Notes under the pieces: generated by a model | Databases searched by the model: none | Seen by the model: only the letters and a program-made list of their open reading frames with translations | Told to the model about the DNA's origin: nothing | UHGV virus genome: UHGV-0248979 | Origin: a virus | Reading direction: 5' to 3' (one strand) | Length of the DNA stretch: 64,000 bases | Translations under genes and position numbers: made by a program | Part shown: positions 56,805 through 64,000 of the stretch, one piece after another | How the letters are laid out: the number at the start of each line of letters is the position of its first letter | Position numbering within the stretch: position 1 is the stretch's first letter

Positions 56805-57428
56805 ATGGCTACGCGTTTACCACTACAGGTACCAGTCAACACCACGGGTCTGTTTAAAGTAAAAACACCATTTACTTTAGCCGAGACAGTCATTTATACG
56901 GTAGAGGCATCGCGTACCTTCCCAGATTTAGTACGTCAGAATATCGACGTTTATAATTCGTATTACCAGCCAGCAGGGCTAGGGCGTGAAGAATATTTAG
57001 CAGATGCGAATGTTAGTGCGTCGATTTTGACATTTAAATCTCGTGATGGTCAAGTTGTATACATACCTGACACCTACCTGGAATCGTACCCAGGTTTATC
57101 CGGGATCACGTATCAACGAAATGTGTTAGTGGTAGATTTGGCACTAGTACCGGATTACGTGAAAGTGTCGTCTATAACAAAAGACGTTTCAGATATTCTC
57201 ACGCATACTCTGGGGATTGAACCGAAAGTTGAAATTACAACTCTCGAGTATGAGGGGAAGGTAACGGAGGAACAACACTTGCAGATGGAAGCGGCACGAA
57301 AAAATAAAATTCGTGAGTCTATTCCGTTGGGCGAGAAAGTTGCTGCGTTGACAGAAGAAAACAAAAAATTAAAAGAGTTAAACAACCAAATGTTAGAGAT
57401 TCTTAAAGCTAACGGGTTAGTTAACTAA
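56805..57428 (+). CDS. hypothetical protein, 207 aa, C-terminal coiled-coil-like region
   Basis: ORF 3 nt after previous gene; ends at a terminator. Confidence 0.5.
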   Translation: MATRLPLQVPVNTTGLFKVKTPFTLAETVIYTVEASRTFPDLVRQNIDVYNSYYQPAGLGREEYLADANVSASILTFKSRDGQVVYIPDTYLESYPGLSGITYQRNVLVVDLALVPDYVKVSSITKDVSDILTHTLGIEPKVEITTLEYEGKVTEEQHLQMEAARKNKIRESIPLGEKVAALTEENKKLKELNNQMLEILKANGLVN

Positions 57429-57435
57429 AAAAGAT

Positions 57436-57461
57436 TACCCTACTCCTTCGGGAGTAGGGTA
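57436..57461. terminator. bidirectional intrinsic terminator hairpin
   Basis: taccctactcc / ttcg / ggagtagggta with A-run upstream and T-run downstream. Confidence 0.7.
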
Positions 57462-57470
57462 GCTTTTATT

Positions 57471-58019
57471 TTAAATGTCGACTTCTAGTTTACGGTAATC
57501 GATGACGCCTTGAGCAATCATAGCAGCAACATCGTTCCAAGTACGAAAAATGAAGTAAACGGTATCCCCGTTTAAATAGATATTGGATTCTTTATCCGGG
57601 AAATCATCTTCGCTAAGGTAATAGTAGGGCCTGTCGAATGGGAAGTCGCGTTCATCAGAGGAGCCAAGTACCGCATAACGATTGCCACAATCAAACAGAA
57701 TCTTCCAACCAGACATTTCACTATTAATGTCAATACGATCGGCGATTTCAACGGTAATAGGGGAATGATCAAGAAAACTGATTGTAATATCACCGTTATA
57801 ACGCTTGAATCGCCAAATATCTGTAGGTACGATTTCAGACGCCGCTATAAGGGAATAAAGTTGTGTTGAGGTGATCTTTTTGTAAACGTTAGTTCCATCT
57901 CCAAAATGGTTATATAAGAAATTAGCCAGGAAATTTATATCCTTTAAACGTGTGCGGAAAACAGAACCACGGCGAATACCGTAAGCCAGATGAGTTAAAT
58001 ATTCAGACGATGGAAACAT
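57471..58019 (-). CDS. hypothetical protein, 182 aa (paralog family, member 1)
   Basis: N-terminus FPSSEYLTHLAYGIRRGSVFRTRLKDINFLANFLYNHF resembles that of the 58081 gene. Confidence 0.5.
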   Translation of the reverse strand: MFPSSEYLTHLAYGIRRGSVFRTRLKDINFLANFLYNHFGDGTNVYKKITSTQLYSLIAASEIVPTDIWRFKRYNGDITISFLDHSPITVEIADRIDINSEMSGWKILFDCGNRYAVLGSSDERDFPFDRPYYYLSEDDFPDKESNIYLNGDTVYFIFRTWNDVAAMIAQGVIDYRKLEVDI

Positions 58020-58050
58020 TTTAATACTCCTAAGATGGAAAAAGAATTAA

Positions 58051-58073
58051 CCCTACTCCCGGAGGAGTAGGGG
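58051..58073 (-). terminator. intrinsic terminator hairpin
   Basis: ccctactcc / cgga / ggagtagggg; T-run follows on minus strand. Confidence 0.55.
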
Positions 58074-58080
58074 TCTTAGA

Positions 58081-59025
58081 TTATTTTTTGGTTTGGCCCA
58101 GCTTTTCAAGAACCAGTTCACGAATGTACTTTTGAGTACGTTTCTTCGGTGGTAAAGCCATAAGTGTGTCAACAATTTCCTGGCCACCGATAACCTTGCT
58201 GACGAGTTGTTGAACTTGGAAGAGTTCTGCTTCTTCGTCGCTAATTTCGTTAGCTTGGTCTTTCTGACACAATGCTTCTACCAGGTCAGCTACGGATATT
58301 TCATTTTCGTCACCAGGGAAATCCAGGTTTAACGATTCGAAAACATCGCGTTTAACGAGCACAGATTTCAGATCGTCGTAGTTTTCACAGACGGCGACTT
58401 CTGTGCCAGGTACCGCCGGTTCATTGTACGCAGCAAACAAATCTTCCATTACTTTCTGATTGTGCTCTACTTTCAAAGCGTGGAAAGTTTTGGAGGCGCT
58501 GGTTAAAACGTAACCAATTTGCGGCCAGCTGCTCAGAATGAAGCAAACCGTGTTTCCAGTTAGACCGATATTGCCCTGACGTGCGTCAAAAAAGATTTCT
58601 TCGGTGCGAGAAATCTGTCCAAGTTCGAAATAGGTTTCTTTTTTGGCCGCGACGACTTCATACTGATTCTTACCCTGCTCTACAACAACTAACCAGTTAC
58701 CAAGAATTTCGTGTTGGTAGTTTGATACGGAAAGTGACTCGTTGCCCGCGTGCGGCTTAATGTCAATGGACGCCCGACGCATACCCATTGAGAAGTTGAA
58801 CTTAACCCCGTCATGATACGCTGAGGCGTAGTCGATCGGGATAATTTCCGAGACACGTTCGATATCCATAATTGTTTCCTGCGTAACACATGCAGGATCG
58901 GTACCAATTAGATAATTATACAGAAAGTCGGCTGTAACATCTACTGATTTCCGGAAGATTGGGAAATTATGGCTGCGACGGAAAATGTTAGCCAGTGTGT
59001 AAATTACTTCAGATGGAAAAGTCAT
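58081..59025 (-). CDS. hypothetical protein, 314 aa (paralog family, member 2)
   Basis: N-terminus FPSEVIYTLANIFRRSHNFPIFRKSVDVTADFLYNYL. Confidence 0.5.
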   Translation of the reverse strand: MTFPSEVIYTLANIFRRSHNFPIFRKSVDVTADFLYNYLIGTDPACVTQETIMDIERVSEIIPIDYASAYHDGVKFNFSMGMRRASIDIKPHAGNESLSVSNYQHEILGNWLVVVEQGKNQYEVVAAKKETYFELGQISRTEEIFFDARQGNIGLTGNTVCFILSSWPQIGYVLTSASKTFHALKVEHNQKVMEDLFAAYNEPAVPGTEVAVCENYDDLKSVLVKRDVFESLNLDFPGDENEISVADLVEALCQKDQANEISDEEAELFQVQQLVSKVIGGQEIVDTLMALPPKKRTQKYIRELVLEKLGQTKK

Positions 59026-59078
59026 TTTAATAGTCCTCTTTTAGGTTTGTTCAAATCAACTAAGGGTTATGTAAAAAG

Positions 59079-59558
59079 TTAAAACAGTGGTAAGTTACGC
59101 CATTGACCTACCGAGTAAAAAGCTTTTGGATGTTTGCGGATATACGCTTTCGCTTCTTCTGGCAACCAACGATCGCCTACCAGTTTTTGTTGCGCAACAA
59201 TTACCGCCAACAGTAAATACGGGTTTTTCGCACCGGGGAACTTTGCATTGGTTTCTAGCGCAATATCTAACATTGACGACCAGCCCAGTAATTTACGTTG
59301 CGCCGGTAAACGTCCTTCAATAAACATTAGCCAGTCCATGATTTGTCTGGGTTTATACGGACACGTATAATTCGCCCAACTCACCATGGCGAACTTAATA
59401 GCCTTCGCAATAACCCATACAGGAACTGCCACGAAAAGACAGAAAATGGTCAACTGTGAGGCAGGTGCATCGATAAAAGTAACCGCTACAAGAACCATAC
59501 ACAGTTCAAGCACCACAAACCAAAAACGTGTTGGATAACGCCAAATGAATTTTATCAT
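59079..59558 (-). CDS. membrane protein with two predicted TM helices (holin-like candidate)
   Basis: Hydrophobic segments FWFVVLELCMVLVAVTFI and LTIFCLFVAVPVWVIAKAI. Confidence 0.45.
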   Translation of the reverse strand: MIKFIWRYPTRFWFVVLELCMVLVAVTFIDAPASQLTIFCLFVAVPVWVIAKAIKFAMVSWANYTCPYKPRQIMDWLMFIEGRLPAQRKLLGWSSMLDIALETNAKFPGAKNPYLLLAVIVAQQKLVGDRWLPEEAKAYIRKHPKAFYSVGQWRNLPLF

Positions 59559-59590
59559 ATCTCTGTTCCTTTAGGGAATGAAAATAAAAT

Positions 59591-59620
59591 TACCCCTTAC
59601 TCCGTAAAGGGTAAGGGGTA
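59591..59620 (-). terminator. intrinsic terminator hairpin
   Basis: taccccttac ... gtaaggggta; T-run follows on minus strand. Confidence 0.55.
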
Positions 59621-59624
59621 GAGA

Positions 59625-60134
59625 TTAGAAGAACGGCCGATTTGGAATGACAGCGTACTCTAAAATGAACATGTGCTCTGGGGCGTCTTCTTTACGCCAG
59701 ACTTTGTGTGTTAACACAAGTTTTTCCAGAATCGTTAGAAAACTACGCTGGCAGTATGTGTTTTCGCCAAGTAGCAGTTTCTGAAGTTCTACAGTAGCGT
59801 CCATATACGCCTGTTTAAAGACTAGGCTACGGTTATACTGTCCGGTAAAATTCCAAAGCAAGACTTTCCCTTCTTCGGTTTCTTTTACCGTTGGACGTAA
59901 ACCACAAATCCACAGCAAGGCAAGGTTGACGTTCCAGTCAAACTCTAAACCTTCCTCTTCGTCATCACCGAATGCTGTAGGTAAAGCATCGTAAAATTCG
60001 TGTTTCTCTGCGAATTCTTCATCCGATTTAATCTCGTCTTCGATGCTGCTTCGGACGATACCGTAAATGTCTTTCGCGGTTAGTTGTGCGGCTTTTGTAA
60101 TGCCTTTATACCAATCGGTTACAACGATGCTCAA
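59625..60134 (-). CDS. hypothetical protein, 169 aa
   Basis: ORF overlapping the SLT gene by 4 nt. Confidence 0.5.
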   Translation of the reverse strand: MSIVVTDWYKGITKAAQLTAKDIYGIVRSSIEDEIKSDEEFAEKHEFYDALPTAFGDDEEEGLEFDWNVNLALLWICGLRPTVKETEEGKVLLWNFTGQYNRSLVFKQAYMDATVELQKLLLGENTYCQRSFLTILEKLVLTHKVWRKEDAPEHMFILEYAVIPNRPFF

Positions 60135-60856
60135 AGGGTAACTCCTCTATTGATTGGAAAACTCGTGTTTATCGTATCCCAAATTTTACTAACTTCCGCC
60201 AATTGAATCTGACGTGATGTTTTCTTCGCAAACGCAAGCTGACGTGGGGCCGAGCCCACAACAACAGGCACATCGATTTTCGCGCTATAGAACGCGGCAT
60301 CTTTCATAAAGCCTGCCATTTCTCGTTGTGCTGCTCGAGATTTGCTTTTGATTCGCGTGTGAGCGCCACTTTCACCCCAGTGGTAAGCTAACGCAACTTC
60401 AGCCATGGTGGGCTTGCGTTTGAGTCGTTTGGTTAACCCCTTCTCAAGATGTTTAACATACGCGGTAGCCAGCAAAACAGCGTTACGCGGATTATACAAA
60501 TCGGCGTTCTGACTAAGACCTAATTCTTTTCCATAAAGCTTTAGCAGACTACGCTTGGTACTTGGAAGCATCTGTACCAGGCTGTGTGCCCGTGAGCTTT
60601 TGTTGTAAGCCTTGGGATCAAAACGTGATTCGCGATAAATCAGCGTAATCATCAGCTTAGGATCAACGCCTTGCTTTCGTGAGATTTCCACAATTAACGG
60701 ACTGACTTTTTCGAACCGATGTTGGATTTGTGTAAACTCACGCTGATGTTTAGTTTGTGGCGTTGACGTTGACGCCTGTGCGTTAAACGCGAAAAGTGTT
60801 ACCAGTAAAAGAAAGAAGATACGAAACATTTTGTTTCTCCAGTTGGATTTATACAT
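60131..60856 (-). CDS. secreted lytic transglycosylase (SLT domain), candidate endolysin
   Basis: N-terminal hydrophobic signal-like FRIFFLLLVTLFAFNAQA; ...LIYRESRFDPKAYNKSSRAHSLVQMLPST... resembles the SLT catalytic E-S ... GLMQ region. Confidence 0.6.
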   Translation of the reverse strand: MYKSNWRNKMFRIFFLLLVTLFAFNAQASTSTPQTKHQREFTQIQHRFEKVSPLIVEISRKQGVDPKLMITLIYRESRFDPKAYNKSSRAHSLVQMLPSTKRSLLKLYGKELGLSQNADLYNPRNAVLLATAYVKHLEKGLTKRLKRKPTMAEVALAYHWGESGAHTRIKSKSRAAQREMAGFMKDAAFYSAKIDVPVVVGSAPRQLAFAKKTSRQIQLAEVSKIWDTINTSFPINRGVTL

Positions 60857-60929
60857 TTCCGTATTCCGTAAGACGAAATGACGGCGCGGACAGCTAATAC
60901 TCCTTTGTTGTGTGCCCTAATGATAATAT

Positions 60930-61490
60930 CTATTTAAAAGAGTTTGGAATTAATGACTCTGCTTCTCGGTACAGCTTATCGGGTAAGTATAACGTGTAGT
61001 GTTGCCTCCTCGGTTCAAGTTTTTTGTAAAGCCACAAGAAGATTTCTTGCCTTTCCCAGGAATCTAACCACCCATTTGCCATTCCCAGTGGAGGGATAGC
61101 AACGCTGGTATCCAGTTCCTCAACACAATCTGCTAATGCGGTAATGCCCGCAGTAACATAAGAAACCTTGGACTTTAAACGCCAATGTGTTTTCGTGGGG
61201 AGCAAGATGCACTTTTCATCAGGGTAAACGTAAACACTTCCAATCTTGATTTCGTCTTCGCGACACCGCTTACGGTAATCTTGATAAAGGTTGGGGTAGC
61301 GTTCACGGCACGCCAGTGCAATACCGCGACCCATTGCTCCTACACAGTTAATGGTAACGACTTTATAGTCTTCGGGCGCATTAAAAAGATCGTTACCAAT
61401 TTTAGATTCTTTACGTACCGTTAACATAACGAATCGGCCATAGTTGATGTGTAGTATTAAAACGTGTACCGCCGATTGATAGCTCGACAA
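60930..61490 (-). CDS. macro domain protein, OARD1/TARG1-like
   Basis: ...[35 protein letters not shown]... and ...[10 protein letters not shown]...[17 protein letters not shown]... parallel human OARD1 GDLFACP...[22 protein letters not shown] and YLITKKRASHKP...LSMPRIGCGLDRLQWE; start uncertain (TTG at 61490 or ATG at 61427). Confidence 0.6.
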   Translation of the reverse strand: [186 protein letters not shown]

Positions 61491-61514
61491 GTATAGCGAT
61501 ATATGTTTTACCCA

Positions 61515-61883
61515 TTAGCGATTTTTTGTAATCCATTGTTTGACCGCCGTTTCTAAACCTTCGTGTTGTAAGCCCAGGCGTTGCATAGTCAGTGCCAAGT
61601 TGAGCGTGTGGACAACCTGTTCACGGAACTGATGATCGTTCATGCGGTCCCAGACCTTTTCTACTGAAATATTGTGTTTCCACAGCAAATAAGCTTCGCG
61701 ACACGATGCACGACGAACCAAGCTGGGTTTAACAAAAGGTAGCTCGATTTCAGGTAAGTAACCTAAAAGCTTAACTAGCTCTGTTACCTGCGTCTTACCA
61801 AAGTCGTCGCACTGATAACAAATTTGTAGAATGTCAATTTCATTCAACGGTATGCCGTAAATTGATGGGTTCACTGTGAACAT
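61515..61883 (-). CDS. hypothetical protein, 122 aa
   Basis: ORF with GAGGAG SD. Confidence 0.5.
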   Translation of the reverse strand: MFTVNPSIYGIPLNEIDILQICYQCDDFGKTQVTELVKLLGYLPEIELPFVKPSLVRRASCREAYLLWKHNISVEKVWDRMNDHQFREQVVHTLNLALTMQRLGLQHEGLETAVKQWITKNR

Positions 61884-62085
61884 TCGTATTCTCCTCAGGC
61901 TCGAAATATGGTTCGGGTGGCAACGTCCCTAAAGCCCCTTGGATACAAGCCGTCAATGAAGGTTTGCCGAAACAGACCTTACCTATTGTCCCTACATTGG
62001 GATGTTGTAAGAACGCTTTTGCACGTTCGTATTCTTTCCAACAAATACTCGTATCCAAACCACCCACTCCGTACGATTTTAACAT
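61840..62085 (-). CDS. hypothetical small protein, about 81 aa
   Basis: Start moved to internal ATG with AGGAGAG SD, avoiding overlap with the GNAT gene. Confidence 0.35.
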   Translation of the reverse strand: MLKSYGVGGLDTSICWKEYERAKAFLQHPNVGTIGKVCFGKPSLTACIQGALGTLPPEPYFEPEENTNVHSEPINLRHTVE

Positions 62086-62152
62086 AATTAGCTCTCCTGA
62101 CGTAAATTTCTCACACTCATAGTGAGGTACGCCAAGAGAGCTTTTATTGTTT

Positions 62153-62596
62153 TTAGAATGTTTTGCTAAAATCGACCCACTCACGATCGTGTGAGTAAAC
62201 CGCCTGATAGCCGCGTCGGATGAAATACTCTTTTGCTTCTTTACATTTCGCATACATGCCAGTAACAATTTCACCGAAAACTTCATCAGCGGCAATTGCT
62301 TTGAAAATCTCTTTCATTACACCCCGCTGACGATAGTCTGGGAGCACGTATACCGAACGTATCTTAAGTGAACCGTTACGATTCCGATAACTACAGTATC
62401 CTACCGCGACATCATCCTGATACACCAGAACTATGCAGTTACCTTCGATCAGTTGCCGAGCTTTTAATTTCGGTACCGACGTTTTTATTTTTAGTAATGT
62501 AGCCTGGTGGTCCAAGTAACGGTAGTGTAGTTTGAGTAAATCGGCAGCTTGTCGTTCGCCGACTTTAGAAGATGCGTTCAACAAATAAATTTCCAT
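62153..62596 (-). CDS. GNAT-family N-acetyltransferase
   Basis: ...VGYCSYRNRNGSLKIRSVYVLPDYRQRGVMKEIFKAI... fits the GNAT acetyl-CoA-binding motif A; start taken at ATG rather than the track's TTG. Confidence 0.6.
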   Translation of the reverse strand: MEIYLLNASSKVGERQAADLLKLHYRYLDHQATLLKIKTSVPKLKARQLIEGNCIVLVYQDDVAVGYCSYRNRNGSLKIRSVYVLPDYRQRGVMKEIFKAIAADEVFGEIVTGMYAKCKEAKEYFIRRGYQAVYSHDREWVDFSKTF

Positions 62597-62627
62597 TTGC
62601 AAACCTTAGAGACGCAAAAAAGTAAAA

Positions 62628-62756
62628 TTAAAACCAACGCGCGATGACGAATGCCGCTGCGGCTAATATGGCCGTGGTGATTATCAACCCACCCCATGAA
62701 AGTTCCGCATCGTATAATGCGGATATCGCTACATTCGTAGTGTTTATCGAGGTCAT
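62628..62756 (-). CDS. small hydrophobic peptide, 42 aa (below the ORF-track cutoff)
   Basis: Hand-translated MTSINTTNVAISALYDAELSWGGLIITTAILAAAAFVIARWF; AGGAG SD 6 nt upstream. Confidence 0.4.
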   Translation of the reverse strand: MTSINTTNVAISALYDAELSWGGLIITTAILAAAAFVIARWF

Positions 62757-62814
62757 TTTCTGCTCCTAGTAATACCCTCACGCCGGAGGGTATTTTCCGG
62801 ATTATTTGGGTGTT

Positions 62815-62913
62815 TAGTCTTCAAACGCCCATCTGTGTTGTTTAACCAGCAAGTTTAAACCTTTACCGATTAACCACATCGCACCAAGTGTTAACAGAAC
62901 CCCTTCAACCATA
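62815..62913 (-). CDS. small hydrophobic peptide, 32 aa (below the ORF-track cutoff)
   Basis: Hand-translated MVEGVLLTLGAMWLIGKGLNLLVKQHRWAFED; AGGAGAAGGG upstream. Confidence 0.35.
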
Positions 62914-62923
62914 TTCCCTTCTC

Positions 62924-63109
62924 CTAATTCCGCCATTCGCATTCACGTTGACGCCAAATTGAACCCCATGATAGTTTAATCAGATAAGATGAAACTACCC
63001 ATAAAATCATCACCACGCAAAACATGACATAAAGAACCGCTAGAATGGACATGAAACCAAACCCCGCCGCGTCCATAAAACGACGGAACCAATCAGTTTG
63101 CATAAACAA
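62924..63109 (-). CDS. small membrane protein, 61 aa
   Basis: Hydrophobic segment FGFMSILAVLYVMFCVVMILWVVSSYLI; AGGAG 6 nt before the TTG start. Confidence 0.4.
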   Translation of the reverse strand: MFMQTDWFRRFMDAAGFGFMSILAVLYVMFCVVMILWVVSSYLIKLSWGSIWRQRECEWRN

Positions 63110-63995
63110 TTTTTACTCCTTCGTTATACACCGCAGGCAATGTCACTCCTTCCGGTTCGATGACACAGTACGATGCTTCATTAAGTTTAGAATGGACCTC
63201 AGCTTCGTGGGAAACTACCAAGAGTTGTGAAAATTCTCCCGAGTTTGCTAACGTTTTAATAAAGCCGACCAGGTTATTACGGTGTTCCTCGTCCATGCCT
63301 TCCGAAGGCTCATCCAAAAGCAACGGAAACTGATGCAACTTCAGCGCTTTGTACGCAGTCAGTCTGAACATCAGATTAAATATAGCACGCTGTGCCTTAG
63401 ACCCTTTACGCACGTCAGGAACAGGCTCAGGGTGCGTTTTTAGCTGGACAGGAAAAGTATAATCCAAATCACCGTCAGTGAGATCACAGGGCATAACACG
63501 CATGGGGTACGTCCAGACCTGTTCGATATAACGCGTCATTAACTCTGTGATTCTAACGATAGCGTTGTAAAAATACTTTCTAAGTACACCCTTTTCTGGC
63601 GAGAAGGCTTGAATCATCAGTTTGTTATTGAACTGTTGGGCTTGTAAGTCTGTAAGTTCGCGCTCCAAACTGTTGAGCTGATTCAATTCATTTTCCATCT
63701 GACGATAACGTTCGCGTGCAGTTGTAAAAGCATCCAGCTTCCCTTCCCGCACTCGTAAGAGTTCCTCGACGACCGTATTTGTCAACGTAACCTTAACATC
63801 ACTCTCTAACCGTTCGAATAACGCACTGAAATCATCTACAGCACGTTTAACATTCACTAGATAGGTAAGTGTCGTGTTAGCCAGTTCGTGCTCTCTACGA
63901 CGCATTGAGAGCATCTCTGTGGCTTTACCTAACCGTGACTGTTGGAAGGCGATCTTTTGTTGTAAAGCACCATCGACGTTACCAACGGCCGCCAC
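63093..63995 (-). CDS. Rad50/SbcC-like ABC ATPase, C-terminal portion (may extend past the window end)
   Basis: Long coiled-coil-like region, then ...LHQFPLLLDEPSEGMDEEHRNNL...LLVVSHEAEV (Walker B, D-loop, H-loop-like). Confidence 0.45.
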   Translation of the reverse strand: MAAVGNVDGALQQKIAFQQSRLGKATEMLSMRRREHELANTTLTYLVNVKRAVDDFSALFERLESDVKVTLTNTVVEELLRVREGKLDAFTTARERYRQMENELNQLNSLERELTDLQAQQFNNKLMIQAFSPEKGVLRKYFYNAIVRITELMTRYIEQVWTYPMRVMPCDLTDGDLDYTFPVQLKTHPEPVPDVRKGSKAQRAIFNLMFRLTAYKALKLHQFPLLLDEPSEGMDEEHRNNLVGFIKTLANSGEFSQLLVVSHEAEVHSKLNEASYCVIEPEGVTLPAVYNEGVKIVYAN

Positions 63996-64000
63996 GGCAT

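Noticed and set aside
61840-62295. 151-aa version of the ORF overlapping the GNAT gene
   Set aside because: Its first 70 codons overlap the GNAT coding region in another frame; an internal ATG at 62085 with an AGGAGAG SD gives a non-overlapping 81-aa product.
62578-62781. 67-aa minus-strand ORF
   Set aside because: Overlaps the 5' end and SD of the GNAT gene; an in-frame-independent 42-aa ORF (62628-62756) with a proper SD explains the region better.
1-64000. CRISPR arrays, tRNA/rRNA genes, integrase, transposase or attachment sites
   Set aside because: No regularly spaced direct repeats with unique spacers were seen; the repeated hairpins are irregularly spaced at gene ends. No T-loop/acceptor-stem-like tRNA pattern was recognised by eye (a tRNAscan-SE run would be decisive), and no recombinase motifs were found.

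Overview
Dense, almost gap-free coding sequence with the layout of a large virulent (probably jumbo, phiKZ-like) phage of an enterobacterial host; this attribution is inference from gene content and was not checked by any search. I found no rRNA, tRNA, CRISPR array, integrase or transposase. Roughly 1-32 kb looks like a virion/structural module: a sheath/tube-sized gene pair on the + strand, several long unassigned proteins, a 539-aa protein with a DYDGD motif beside a 1388-aa protein (candidate split non-canonical RNA polymerase), and a 2387-aa protein with a membrane-spanning cluster and a C-terminal lytic transglycosylase domain. Roughly 32-64 kb is a minus-strand array of small genes, many overlapping, mixing nucleotide metabolism (thymidylate synthase, MazG-like, HD and HAD nucleotidase-like), DNA transactions (UvsX-like recombinase, DEDDh exonuclease, RNase HI fusion, Rad50/SbcC-like C-terminus) and candidate accessory or anti-defence genes. 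The most interesting candidates are an OARD1/TARG1-like macro domain protein next to a GNAT acetyltransferase and three tiny membrane peptides, a CYTH-like enzyme, a HEPN-like membrane-anchored protein, and two tandem paralog families. A family of near-identical GC-rich palindromic hairpins punctuates gene ends. All functional calls rest on motifs read by eye from the translations; none is confirmed by database search. The supplied ORF track appears to accept GTG/TTG starts, and I moved several starts to an internal ATG with a Shine-Dalgarno sequence.
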